Virus record (IMG/VR): IMGVR_UViG_3300025168_000036
Length of the DNA: 64,000 nucleotides
From: a virus
Reading direction: 5' to 3' (one strand)
In this document: piece after piece, positions 8,661-18,433 of the stretch
Position numbering within the stretch: the stretch's first letter is position 1
Layout: each line of letters starts with the position of its first letter
Position numbers and translations under genes: made by a program
Notes under the pieces: generated by a model
Told to the model about the DNA's origin: nothing
Databases searched by the model: none
Seen by the model: only the letters and a program-made list of their open reading frames with translations

Positions 8661-10508
8661 TTAAACCCTATCTAACCAGTCCTTAGTTCCAAAACTTGGT
8701 TTGTATCTTTGAACTAGATTCTCTTCTATTATTGTATATTCAAAATCTACTTTTATTGTTCTTGGCACTCTATATGTTGTTATATCACCTTTTGCATTCT
8801 CAGACTTAGTGACCTCCCATGGAACATCATTTTCTATGTTGAATGTCAAAGAAGATAAAAACCCAGGCTGATTTCTAAGATAATCACCTATAGTAAGTCT
8901 AAGTAAGGGCGCAGACATTTGATTAAAATTTCCACCAACATATTCTGGCATAGTATAGCCTGCTAGTCTATTTAGCTTTTGATACATTGCCTTAAGGCTC
9001 CTTCTATTTGTAGCGTATGCAGTAAAACCTGTACTTACTTTTCTAGAATCTGCACCTTTGTAGTGCCATACTGGTTCTGCCCTACCCATATAATTTTCAG
9101 AAGTCCATTCTGGTGAGAATGTATCAGTTATTGATTCAAGTGTTGCTCTAAACTGCATTACATTCTTTCCTGCTTCTATATCTTGAAATACAAAAGGTAT
9201 TAAGTCATATGTTGCATTATACTTTGCAGTTGTCCAGCTATCAACACCTCCAGCTCCACTATTAACAACACCCATCTCATCTATTGAGTCTGGATATCCC
9301 GATTCATCTAATACTGTTTTTCCATCATCGTTGGGGTTAGGCTTTTGATCTACTTGAGCCCTACTATATCCCATCCTTCCATCTAGCGTAATGTCTTTGT
9401 CATTGATGCCCTCTCTGTATGTGTCACCTTTAGAATATCCAGGTAATAATACTCCTTCTTGCTTATATACTCTAAAGTCTATTAGCTTTGAGCCATCTCT
9501 GTCTGCAATTGCCTGATCTCTCTTGATTGTGTTCATGGCTATGTATGAATTTGGAGAATTTGGAATAAGCCCAGCCTCAGTATTCTCAACTCTTTTAGGC
9601 TTTCCGCCACCTAGTCCATAGGTTGAGTTAGGACCTCCAGGGCCATCAAGATATGTCCATACCCCAGCCAAATTTGCAGCTAAGTGATGTACTCCTCTTG
9701 AGTGAAATGCATCATTAGTTAAGTTAATTAATCTGTTATATCCATTTTCATATGATTGGCCTCCCATAGTTGGCATTCTTGTTATATCAATTAACTTCCA
9801 ATCATTACCAAGAAAAGCAGTGTTTCTAGGTTTTGCAACATTTTCGTATCTTTGTAAAGTAACACTTAAGTTAGAAAGTATTCCATGTCTGGTTAAGTGT
9901 AAACCAGACCCCATTCCTGCTATCTGTAATAGTGTTGATGCAGGGTTATATACTCTTGTTGCTCTAGAAACTATATTTGGGATTGGAGTTATTAGTCCAG
10001 CGTTCTTTTCTAGTTTTGGTGCAGTTAGTTGTAAGCCTATTTGTTGTGCTACGAATAGCAATCCATGTGCACCACCTGTCATAAACTTTAATATTCTTAA
10101 TCCGTCTACCAGAGGCCTTTCGATTGATGCAATACCTCCTCTAGTTACATTTGAAGGCATAGAAAATATCTCACCTCCTCTTTTTGCATAAGGAGATACT
10201 CCAAAGCTGCCCCAAAATTGTGGCTTTTTATTCTTTCTTCTCTGTATTCCTCTCATAATAAAAGGCTGCTTAAACCAACCCATATTTGGAGTTGCATCAT
10301 CTCTTAGGCTAAACTTTTCATATTGCTTTAAAATGTTAGAGTCTTCTCTGTCCTTAATCTTATCTAGATTAATCTGTGTACCTGATAATTTTTTATTCTT
10401 GAACTCATTTGTTGCAGGAGCCGCTGTATCTTTTGGTACCTTCTGATGCTTTGAGGTATTATCTTCCCAAAACTTTAATAAATCTACTGATGTTTTAATA
10501 AATGCCAT
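8661..10508 (-). CDS. Baseplate / tail tube initiator-like protein
   Basis: Directly after tape measure; C-terminal tube-like segment (FRATLESITDTFSPEW...YMGRAEP...PLLRLTIGD). Confidence 0.65.
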   Translation of the reverse strand: MAFIKTSVDLLKFWEDNTSKHQKVPKDTAAPATNEFKNKKLSGTQINLDKIKDREDSNILKQYEKFSLRDDATPNMGWFKQPFIMRGIQRRKNKKPQFWGSFGVSPYAKRGGEIFSMPSNVTRGGIASIERPLVDGLRILKFMTGGAHGLLFVAQQIGLQLTAPKLEKNAGLITPIPNIVSRATRVYNPASTLLQIAGMGSGLHLTRHGILSNLSVTLQRYENVAKPRNTAFLGNDWKLIDITRMPTMGGQSYENGYNRLINLTNDAFHSRGVHHLAANLAGVWTYLDGPGGPNSTYGLGGGKPKRVENTEAGLIPNSPNSYIAMNTIKRDQAIADRDGSKLIDFRVYKQEGVLLPGYSKGDTYREGINDKDITLDGRMGYSRAQVDQKPNPNDDGKTVLDESGYPDSIDEMGVVNSGAGGVDSWTTAKYNATYDLIPFVFQDIEAGKNVMQFRATLESITDTFSPEWTSENYMGRAEPVWHYKGADSRKVSTGFTAYATNRRSLKAMYQKLNRLAGYTMPEYVGGNFNQMSAPLLRLTIGDYLRNQPGFLSSLTFNIENDVPWEVTKSENAKGDITTYRVPRTIKVDFEYTIIEENLVQRYKPSFGTKDWLDRV

Positions 10509-13000
10509 TAGAATACTCCTTTTGCTCCGCCAGATAATGAGATTATCTCTCCTACTTTCTGGCCATCCATTTTAACTTCCATACCTAGTATTGCCTTTTC
10601 TAATTTATCTAACCTATCTACAATTGCAGAGTCTTTACCTCCTCCGCCTTCGCCTCCACCACCAGTCAAGACTTCACCTAAGGTACCTCCTAAGACTGAG
10701 CCTAATAGTAGTAGTGTTGGTAGCATTGGAGTAAGTAATAATAGTGATGCAGCTAAGCCTACTATTGATAATGCAATTGACCCAATACCTAGTGCAACTG
10801 TAAATAATGCTCCACCTAAGCCTGCTAAGTTTGTCAATTCTGTTGATAATATTGGCATTGCTATACCTAGTGCTAAAAGTGCACCTACAGATGGTCCTAG
10901 TACAGCTAGTCCCATCCCAAGGAATACAAGTCCTAGACCTAAAGATAAGAATGCCCAACCTAATGCTCCTAGTGTTGCTGGATTTGCCTGTGATAACAGT
11001 GGTAAGCCCATTCCTAGTGCCATAATTCCTTCAATTCCACCAGCAGCAGTAAATGCTAATATCCCCAATGATGCAAATAATAATCCTACACCTAATGGTA
11101 TTAGAGCATATCCCATTAACATCATAGCAGGGATTGCAGGATACATCATCATCATTCCTATTGCTAATTGTGGTAGTACATCTATTAATAGTAAAAAGTT
11201 AGGTATTGCCATTGACATTACATATAAAGCAGCTGCTAATACTAATACTGCAGCAGCTACTATTAACATTGCAGCAGCACCAGCAATAATTGCAAGTGCA
11301 CCTACACCAGACATCATTATTGCTCCAATAAGTGCAACTGCACCTACTAATGCTAACATTGATACAACTGCCATTGCTATTGCACCCCAACTAACCTTCA
11401 TAAATTCTTGAACTGCTTTTGCAAATACAAATACTGCAGCAGCTATAAGTATCATTGCAGCGGCACCAGCAACAATATTTTTCATATTCTTACCAACTTT
11501 TGATACACCCATATCACTTACACCACCTTTTGGTGTTGCAGGAGCTTTTGGTGCGGAGACTACATCAGACATCCCTCCAGTCTTATTACCTCCAAACATT
11601 GCCTGCATACCTTTCATTAAACCAAATTGTATTACAGCTTGTGCAGCAGCTAGCCCTAATTGTGTCATGGCCTGAACTGCACCTTCACTTAAAGAGTTAT
11701 TTTCTGAAAGTATTTCACCTGTAGCTTCGTAATGTTCTTTTGCTTCTAGAGATAAACCAGCAACCTTTTCTTGATTTGCTGCCATGTTAATTATATCTGG
11801 TACTGACATACCTAATGCATCTGCAAATGCCTGTTGCTCTATAACATTCATAGACTGGAATTCTGCTATACTTCCTACATTTTTAAGTATCTCTTCCATT
11901 ACAGTAGCTTGATCACCTACTAATGCTGCCTGTCTTGCCCTATCTAAGTTTAATTGTCTACCAAGAAGTACCTCAGCTTCCATTTGCTTTTCAATACTAG
12001 ATTCAACATCTAGTAAGCTTCTTCCTGCATCAACTACAGACTTAACTTCTATACCTAATTGCTTTGCACCTACAGATGCCTCAACAAAACTGGCAGCTCC
12101 GTCCTTACCAAACCTTGCAATTTCTTCTGTGCTAGTTGCCATATCTGCTAATATAGCTCCTGGTGCTACACCCCTAGCTCTTGCAAGGCTAATTGCCATA
12201 TCATCAGCATTAAGTCCTGCATTTGCACTCATCTCAACCATCTCTGCAGCTTGATCAGCTGACATTCCAAATCCTTCTGTAAGTACTGCAACCTTATCAA
12301 TTGCTGCATCCATCTCTTCACCAGTTAATGCAGTATTCATATAAATTGCACCAACTGCAGCTGCAGCCTCTTCAGCATCTACACCCATCATCCTAAACTT
12401 AGCAGTAGTTTCAGTAACCTGAGCACCTATTTCAAATGCCTGACCTCCTACTGCACCTAAATCTTTTACAAGATCTCTAGTTGCTTTACCAACAGCACCT
12501 ACCTCTTTCATTAGCAAGCCTATTGCCAAAACGCCCATCATCTTTGGGTCTTTTACAAGATCAGAGAATTGTTTTGCCTTATTGCCTAATGTGTCATACT
12601 CATCTGCTAGCTCCTCTATCTTTTCTTTCCTCTCTTCCTCTAGGCTTTTAATAGTCTCTTGTGTTTTTTCGAACTCCTCTGCAGCCTTTTGTATATCTAT
12701 TTGAGTCTGTAGTATTGCCATGAATGCGCCATTGACCTTATAACCAGCCTTAGCTGCATCCTGCATCATTTGATCTTGTGCAGTCAATAGTGAATTTAAC
12801 TTCTCACTAGCTGTAAGATTGTCGGCCATTGCATCTTGCATGCTTTGAGTTGCAGAAGCCATTACGTCTGCAGCTGCACCACCTTCTTTGAGGTGACTTA
12901 CTGTGCCTTGTAGCATCGATGCAAAAGACTTAGCCTCTTTATTGGCATCAATATAGGCATCTCTTAACTCTTTGGCACTCCTTGCTGCGTCATCTGACAT
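10508..13000 (-). CDS. Tail tape measure protein
   Basis: 830 aa; Ala-rich helical N half, very hydrophobic C half; downstream of tube and chaperone genes. Confidence 0.85.
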   Translation of the reverse strand: MSDDAARSAKELRDAYIDANKEAKSFASMLQGTVSHLKEGGAAADVMASATQSMQDAMADNLTASEKLNSLLTAQDQMMQDAAKAGYKVNGAFMAILQTQIDIQKAAEEFEKTQETIKSLEEERKEKIEELADEYDTLGNKAKQFSDLVKDPKMMGVLAIGLLMKEVGAVGKATRDLVKDLGAVGGQAFEIGAQVTETTAKFRMMGVDAEEAAAAVGAIYMNTALTGEEMDAAIDKVAVLTEGFGMSADQAAEMVEMSANAGLNADDMAISLARARGVAPGAILADMATSTEEIARFGKDGAASFVEASVGAKQLGIEVKSVVDAGRSLLDVESSIEKQMEAEVLLGRQLNLDRARQAALVGDQATVMEEILKNVGSIAEFQSMNVIEQQAFADALGMSVPDIINMAANQEKVAGLSLEAKEHYEATGEILSENNSLSEGAVQAMTQLGLAAAQAVIQFGLMKGMQAMFGGNKTGGMSDVVSAPKAPATPKGGVSDMGVSKVGKNMKNIVAGAAAMILIAAAVFVFAKAVQEFMKVSWGAIAMAVVSMLALVGAVALIGAIMMSGVGALAIIAGAAAMLIVAAAVLVLAAALYVMSMAIPNFLLLIDVLPQLAIGMMMMYPAIPAMMLMGYALIPLGVGLLFASLGILAFTAAGGIEGIMALGMGLPLLSQANPATLGALGWAFLSLGLGLVFLGMGLAVLGPSVGALLALGIAMPILSTELTNLAGLGGALFTVALGIGSIALSIVGLAASLLLLTPMLPTLLLLGSVLGGTLGEVLTGGGGEGGGGKDSAIVDRLDKLEKAILGMEVKMDGQKVGEIISLSGGAKGVF

Positions 13001-13009
13001 GGTTTATCC

Positions 13010-13342
13010 CTATGCGAAGTTTTTTAACTTATTCTTAATATTTGGAATTTTTTTATCTATTGTCATCTTAAAGCCATCTGGAACTTTATCCCAAGATCCG
13101 TATCTCTTTTCTAAAGTTTTGGCTAATTTAAGTACTGAATCAGTAGCTTTTGCATGTTCACCTTTTGCAGCTGCAATTTTCTTATCATAAGACATGTTGA
13201 CAGCATTTTTATGCTTTGTTGCTATTTTATCTAAAATACCACTGGCTATTCCTTGCAGTGTGGATAGTGGTCCAAATTCTGAGATATTCTTTTTTATCTC
13301 TAATTTTATTAAGTTTTTTAGCTCTTCATTTGTTTTCGACAT
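13010..13342 (-). CDS. Hypothetical protein with N-terminal tag (ELKNLIKLEIKKNISE)
   Basis: 110 aa; AGGAG SD; own class I promoter. Confidence 0.75.
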   Translation of the reverse strand: MSKTNEELKNLIKLEIKKNISEFGPLSTLQGIASGILDKIATKHKNAVNMSYDKKIAAAKGEHAKATDSVLKLAKTLEKRYGSWDKVPDGFKMTIDKKIPNIKNKLKNFA

Positions 13343-13366
13343 AGATAATTCTCCTAATTAGTTTAT

Positions 13367-13376
13367 TATAAATATC
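13367..13376 (-). promoter_or_regulatory. Class I promoter
   Basis: GATATTTATA, intergenic, upstream of 13342. Confidence 0.7.
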
Positions 13377-13388
13377 AATTAGTTCAAA

Positions 13389-13644
13389 TTATCTACGTCT
13401 AGACGGTGTGGATGGTTTTGAAAAACTTGGAGGTTTTGAGTTAGACCCTCTACCTTTAGATGCTCGTTTTTGTGCATCATTTTCCTTTTTCATTTGTTCT
13501 TCAAGCTCTTTCATGTAGAATCTTCGCATCCATATAGGGAGGTTGTAAACGTCGCTAAACGAGAAGCCTCCACCAGAGTGATACACAATTTGAAAGATTG
13601 TTTTATGAAGGGCAGGTCTATACGCCGGCCCCAGGCCAAAAAAA
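13389..13644 (-). CDS. Tail/baseplate assembly chaperone, second part (T4 gp51-like), probably reached by frameshift
   Basis: FSFSDVYNLPIWMRRFY resembles the gp51/GT motif; no SD-led ATG; overlaps the upstream gene across a T7 run. Confidence 0.7.
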
Positions 13645-14493
13645 GTTGACACCAAGTGGCAGCTTCATTTGCTGCTCATTACCTGTTGATTCACTAAAGT
13701 ACCAAAATGTCATATCAACATCTGGTGATATCTCTTGAATATGGTCCCTAAATGCTTTTGAGTCTTGTGCTAAGAATTGATTTTTTACAAACTTATTAAC
13801 AGTAATTTCAGAATCATCACCATCAACTGCAACAATCATATATCTTAGTCTTGTTGTAAACTCTTGTCTTGGATCATCCTTTCTTTTACCTCTATTAGAC
13901 TTTTTAAGATCAAGTCCAATTTTAACCTCATCACCATGATTAAGTATTTTCCAAGTAATTTTCTTTTTAGATACTGGTAGTTCAAAATTAAACTTATTTA
14001 CACCTTGTTCATAATTTGCTTTATCTAAGCCATTCTTATGCTTTAGGTCTTGTAAGTCAACTTTTACCTTCTCCTTATCACCTGTCCATGGGTCTGCAAT
14101 TTCTACTTCATAGTCTGCACCATAACCTAATATCCTTGCAGCTACCATAATTGCGTTTTTATCACCTAAAAGTAGCTTATGATAAGGAATACTTCCAACT
14201 ACCAGTGATTTTAATAGTTTATCAATAACAACACCTTGTTGTATAAGGTTCTGAGAAGTTAAGATATCTTCTTCTTTTGCTGTCATATATTTAATTTCAA
14301 CCTTACCTGACTTTAATGGATTGTCATCTTCGTATAATACTCCACCAGATGGTAAATCAATCATCTCAGTTGGAAAGTCATGCTTTAGCACACCTCCATC
14401 ATTTTCAAAATCTTGTACAAGTTGTTTTTTTAAGTCTTCGTTTCCAGAACCTTTTTTCGAGTTTGGATAGTCGGTATCTAATTTATCTACCAT
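13618..14493 (-). CDS. Tail/baseplate hub assembly chaperone (T4 gp26-like)
   Basis: IDLPSGG...YMTAKEEDIL...ARILGYG...ISPDVDM...FFWP; AGGAG SD; between tube and tape measure. Confidence 0.8.
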   Translation of the reverse strand: MVDKLDTDYPNSKKGSGNEDLKKQLVQDFENDGGVLKHDFPTEMIDLPSGGVLYEDDNPLKSGKVEIKYMTAKEEDILTSQNLIQQGVVIDKLLKSLVVGSIPYHKLLLGDKNAIMVAARILGYGADYEVEIADPWTGDKEKVKVDLQDLKHKNGLDKANYEQGVNKFNFELPVSKKKITWKILNHGDEVKIGLDLKKSNRGKRKDDPRQEFTTRLRYMIVAVDGDDSEITVNKFVKNQFLAQDSKAFRDHIQEISPDVDMTFWYFSESTGNEQQMKLPLGVNFFWPGAGV

Positions 14494-14532
14494 TATTGTT
14501 CTCCTTTATTGTTGTTTTATAATAACCTTATA

Positions 14533-14542
14533 TATAAATATA
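14533..14542 (-). promoter_or_regulatory. Class I-like promoter TATATTTATA
   Basis: Variant motif just downstream of the terminator, upstream of 14493. Confidence 0.55.
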
Positions 14543-14549
14543 ACTATAG

Positions 14550-14575
14550 AAAAAAAATGCCCCGATTGGGGGCAT
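14550..14575 (-). terminator. Rho-independent terminator after the sheath/tube operon
   Basis: 7-bp stem ATGCCCC/GGGGCAT followed by a T tract on the minus strand. Confidence 0.85.
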
Positions 14576-14607
14576 CTTTCTCTAATTATTTTTGTTTTTG
14601 TTAATCA

Positions 14608-14817
14608 CTAAACTTTAGTAATTACTACTACTGCTAATTTGTACTCACCGTTAGTTCTAGTTGGTTGAAAAGCTGTAGTGATTGATAGTAACTTTGCATC
14701 ATCTATTGTTTCTAGATATGTGTTAACTTCTTCTGCAAAGCTGCCTGCAGTAGTAGAAATTTCTCCATCTGCTGCATCACCTACTAAAATTTTAGTTATT
14801 GTATCAAAATTTGCCAT
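14608..14817 (-). CDS. Small hypothetical protein, possibly virion-associated
   Basis: 69 aa; AAGGAG SD; co-transcribed with tube gene. Confidence 0.75.
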   Translation of the reverse strand: MANFDTITKILVGDAADGEISTTAGSFAEEVNTYLETIDDAKLLSITTAFQPTRTNGEYKLAVVVITKV

Positions 14818-14828
14818 TCAAATTCTCC

Positions 14829-15317
14829 TTAGTATTGTAAGATTGCGTAGTCGTAAGCTAGTTCCAATGATATATTGATTGGGTCATCTGTTGCCCATTC
14901 CAAGTCACCGAATGTTGCGTTAACTGGAAAAGCACCTTTCAATGTCCATTCCTCAACCTTATCACCTACAGGTCCAAGTACATTAATAGTTACATCTTTC
15001 TTATAAAAGTCTGCATATCCTGCTCTACCTGTTACTGATTCATATCCTAGTCTAACCCATTCCATCACTGCCTGAGCACCTGAAGGTACTACTGGATCAT
15101 ACATTTCTATTGTTACGTTTTCCCATGTAGCCTTACCTTGAATCTTTCTTTTTGTATTAATGTGATCTAGTTCCTTTGCTTCAATTGCAATTGTTGGTCT
15201 GTTAACCTTCTTGCAAATAAAACTTGGGACACCATCAACATATAGTACAAACCTATTTGATGTTTTAGGTTGGAATGCTGTGAACATTAGTTCATTAGGG
15301 TCTATTACTTGAGCCAT
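14829..15317 (-). CDS. gp19: Tail tube protein (T4 gp19-like)
   Basis: PKTSNRF...W...YKKDVTINVLGPVGDKVEEWTLKGAFP...LAYD; follows sheath. Confidence 0.92.
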   Translation of the reverse strand: MAQVIDPNELMFTAFQPKTSNRFVLYVDGVPSFICKKVNRPTIAIEAKELDHINTKRKIQGKATWENVTIEMYDPVVPSGAQAVMEWVRLGYESVTGRAGYADFYKKDVTINVLGPVGDKVEEWTLKGAFPVNATFGDLEWATDDPINISLELAYDYAILQY

Positions 15318-15335
15318 ATTTTATCTCCTCTTTAA

Positions 15336-15345
15336 TATAAATATC
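15336..15345 (-). promoter_or_regulatory. Class I promoter
   Basis: GATATTTATA in the 30-nt gap between sheath and tube genes. Confidence 0.75.
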
Positions 15346-15347
15346 TG

Positions 15348-17159
15348 TTATTCACCAAAAGTTGCACCAGTTGGTAATACGTTAAAGTCAATTACTATAA
15401 ATTCTGCAGCCTTAGCCGGTTGTAAGAATATTTCACCTTTTAAGATGTTTCTGTCAATTACATCAGGTGTGTTATTTGATTCATCCATTACAACTCTAAA
15501 GGCAAACAAACCTTGTTTCGTTTGTACATCTGCCATATAAGGATTAACAGCTGATAAGAACCTATTTCTAGTTGCAGCAGTATTATTTTCAAATACTAAG
15601 AATCTAGATGTAGATGCAATAAACTTCTTAAGTCTAATTAATAGTCTTCTAACATTTACACGATCAAGTGCAGATGCTTTTCTTTGTAGTGTCTTTTGTC
15701 CCCAAGCACATACACCTTGTCCAGGGAATGTTGCAATAGGATTAATACCTTTTTCGTATAATGTATCTCTGTCTGAATGTGGTAGCTTTCTTTCAGCTTG
15801 TATAGCAGAATCAAGTCCACCTCTATTCAAACCTGCAGGAGCAAACCATTCGTGAGCAACTTGGTCATTGAATGCAAATACACCTGCCATTAAAGTAGAT
15901 GCCGGCACCCATACTAATTGATTAGTTGAACTATCATTTGTTAAACACCATGGGTAGTACATTGCACCATAAGATGAATCAAAATTATCACCTTGAGTTG
16001 CAGCAGTAGCTACATTTTGATCCCATTTTACAGGATCAAGAATTGCCATACAATCACCTCTTTCCTCACATGAGTTAAGAATTTGAGTTGCTAATGCACT
16101 ATGTTCACCTGCAAGAACACCTGGTACTAATAACATATTAATATCATAATCATCTGCATTACCCATTAAAAGTATTGCTGAATATAATTCATCGCATGAT
16201 GTTAATGTAGAATAGTCATATCCTTGAACGTTTGTTGAATCAATAGTTTCATGCCAATTTGCTACTACATTGTTTGGCCCAGCACTTCCATCACTTCCTC
16301 CAGTAAATGAACCTGACCAAACTCCTCCAGTAACAACCCTTGTAGGTAGTGAACCAGTAGCTGAGTTTAATCTTATGCTTCCATCTTCTAATAAATAGTT
16401 TGGTGTTGCAAAATCTACAGACTTTATTCTAATATATTTAGATTTGTTTGGATACTTACCTGTTGTCTTAACATATCTTGTATTGCCTGATCCAGCAATA
16501 GTGTGGGTTTGATTTCCAATAACTCTTTCAATGTAGTTGGTAGAATTAGGATCTAGATTAACTCCATTCCATGATTCTAAAGCAACCTTTCTCTTTTTAG
16601 AGTCATCACCTCGCCTAATAGTTAGTGTAAATGTACCTTTTGTGTCATTAACAGAACTAACTTCTAGTCTTAAATTATCTTTATCACCTGCTCCAGTTAA
16701 TACATGGTTTGAAATAGACCCTGAACTGGTTTGTAATACACCGTGTGATAGTGTTTCTGTAGTAAATGATGCAGTTATTAATGCTTGGACTGCATAGTTG
16801 TTTAGGGCAGTACCTGCATTTATTGATGCAGAAACTGGTACCTTACATGTTGCAGCAGTATAACTACCTGATAACATTCTAACTACAGTTAGTGCACTTC
16901 CATTCTTTAAATATTCTTTTGCAGCAGTATTTGTTAAATATGAATAATTTTTTGTGTCTGCATCGGAACTACCTGATGATACCACGTCTCCAAAAATTTG
17001 AACATATTCACTATAATTTGACACCATTGTAGGTGCCATCGCAGGCCCCTTAGCTGTTGGCCCAATAACAGCAGCACCAATCTCACCTACAGCTTGTGGT
17101 AAGAATGATAAATCTTTTTCCGAGGTAAATACACCTGGTGATACAATTTTCTCAGCCAT
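15348..17159 (-). CDS. gp18: Tail sheath protein (T4 gp18-like)
   Basis: N-terminal SPGVFTSEKDLS; C-terminal WFAPAGLNRG, INPI, WGQKTL, RVNVRRLL, AEFI. Confidence 0.95.
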   Translation of the reverse strand: MAEKIVSPGVFTSEKDLSFLPQAVGEIGAAVIGPTAKGPAMAPTMVSNYSEYVQIFGDVVSSGSSDADTKNYSYLTNTAAKEYLKNGSALTVVRMLSGSYTAATCKVPVSASINAGTALNNYAVQALITASFTTETLSHGVLQTSSGSISNHVLTGAGDKDNLRLEVSSVNDTKGTFTLTIRRGDDSKKRKVALESWNGVNLDPNSTNYIERVIGNQTHTIAGSGNTRYVKTTGKYPNKSKYIRIKSVDFATPNYLLEDGSIRLNSATGSLPTRVVTGGVWSGSFTGGSDGSAGPNNVVANWHETIDSTNVQGYDYSTLTSCDELYSAILLMGNADDYDINMLLVPGVLAGEHSALATQILNSCEERGDCMAILDPVKWDQNVATAATQGDNFDSSYGAMYYPWCLTNDSSTNQLVWVPASTLMAGVFAFNDQVAHEWFAPAGLNRGGLDSAIQAERKLPHSDRDTLYEKGINPIATFPGQGVCAWGQKTLQRKASALDRVNVRRLLIRLKKFIASTSRFLVFENNTAATRNRFLSAVNPYMADVQTKQGLFAFRVVMDESNNTPDVIDRNILKGEIFLQPAKAAEFIVIDFNVLPTGATFGE

Positions 17160-17222
17160 TTATTTCTCTCCTATCTCTTGTTTTGATATAATATCCAATA
17201 CGTTTATGTATTCTATTCGTTA

Positions 17223-17232
17223 TATAAATATC
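17223..17232 (-). promoter_or_regulatory. Class I promoter
   Basis: GATATTTATA upstream of sheath gene. Confidence 0.7.
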
Positions 17233-17249
17233 AGATTAAAACTGTAAAA

Positions 17250-17498
17250 TTACGATTTTGGTATAAACTCTCCTTTGTCCATATCAATTGTACCTTCACC
17301 ATACTTTAATCTTAATGTTTCCCCTAAGTCACTTTCATCTTTCTGTAAGATTTGTAGATCCTTGAGTATAGATGTCTTTGATTCTTGTAGCATTGCACTT
17401 TGAATTTCAATTCCACCTAATTTATCTTGTATTATTAGATATCTTTCTCTTGTTTCTTTTATTTTTGTTAATTCGTCTGTTGTAAACTTCTTGTTCAT
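17250..17498 (-). CDS. Small coiled-coil hypothetical protein
   Basis: 82 aa helical ORF ending KYGEGTIDMDKGEF; AGGG SD. Confidence 0.75.
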   Translation of the reverse strand: MNKKFTTDELTKIKETRERYLIIQDKLGGIEIQSAMLQESKTSILKDLQILQKDESDLGETLRLKYGEGTIDMDKGEFIPKS

Positions 17499-17526
17499 GT
17501 TTTTCCCTTTATTATTTTTATAAAAC

Positions 17527-18432
17527 TTAACTATTTGTATTTGATCCTAATGGGTGATAACCACCGTTTGAGTTTCCAGACTCAACTTCTGTTTGATTCG
17601 TAGACACTTCCGGACTAATTGTTTCAACACCTTGATGCCCTACGATGCTTTCACCTATCTGAACTGCCATATGAGATATTACATCTTCAGACTCAGCTGC
17701 TATTTTCTTCTGTAATATATCAGGTATTAAAAACCCAGACAATGTTAAAGAAAAGTTTGATGTTATAACTCTATCAGCTCCAGACTCAACTTCAGTTACA
17801 TTATCAAATGAGTCAATCTTACTTTTAAAGTTATATCTTTCTTTTTGACCCCAGTATGCACCTTCTGCGTAGTTAACAGCTTCTATTATTGAATTCATTT
17901 GTTCTATAAACTCAGTGGTCACAATAAAGTCATAGCTTAAATCTACATAATCAGGCACAACAACTCTTTTATATGTCTTCTTTTTTGTAAACCCATTTAG
18001 CTTATGAAAGTTGTCATATTTATTTGCCATATTAAAGTTATTTTCAAAACCTTGATATAGCTTAGGTGAGTTTGCATCTATTTTATTCGCAAGGCCTCTT
18101 TGCTTTTCTATGCCTGTTCTTTTAAACATAATTAAAGGTAATTGTAATTTACCCTTATTATCTCTATATACCCTACTTTTTTGTATACTAGACCATCTCT
18201 CTGGATTCCCATACATTATAGGTACTTGCACCCTTTGGCCCGTACTGTCTGTAATTTCTGGCATTATTGCGTTCTCAAAATAGTCAACAATAACACTATC
18301 TATGTCAATTAAGCCTAGCTTAATATCTAGCTTTCTAGCTACCTTTCCAGCTCTTACCTCTCCACCTCTGTGGCTTAATTCTGGTGCAGACTTTTTGTCT
18401 CTTTGATTTTTATTTAATTCAGATATTGCCAT
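17527..18432 (-). CDS. gp15: Tail terminator / sheath stabiliser (T4 gp15-like)
   Basis: VQVPIMYGNPERW, LPLIMFKRT, PDYVDLSY; follows neck genes. Confidence 0.8.
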   Translation of the reverse strand: MAISELNKNQRDKKSAPELSHRGGEVRAGKVARKLDIKLGLIDIDSVIVDYFENAIMPEITDSTGQRVQVPIMYGNPERWSSIQKSRVYRDNKGKLQLPLIMFKRTGIEKQRGLANKIDANSPKLYQGFENNFNMANKYDNFHKLNGFTKKKTYKRVVVPDYVDLSYDFIVTTEFIEQMNSIIEAVNYAEGAYWGQKERYNFKSKIDSFDNVTEVESGADRVITSNFSLTLSGFLIPDILQKKIAAESEDVISHMAVQIGESIVGHQGVETISPEVSTNQTEVESGNSNGGYHPLGSNTNS

Positions 18433-18433
18433 A

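Noticed and set aside
10674-11390. Alternative-frame minus-strand ORFs inside tape measure (also 37441-37644 and 60001-60216)
   Set aside because: Nested out of frame in long genes; Cys-rich translations follow from the host gene's codon pattern
13638-13644. Homopolymer sequencing error as the cause of the chaperone ORF overlap
   Set aside because: Not excluded without reads, but two overlapping chaperone ORFs upstream of a tape measure gene is the expected arrangement, so a programmed shift is preferred
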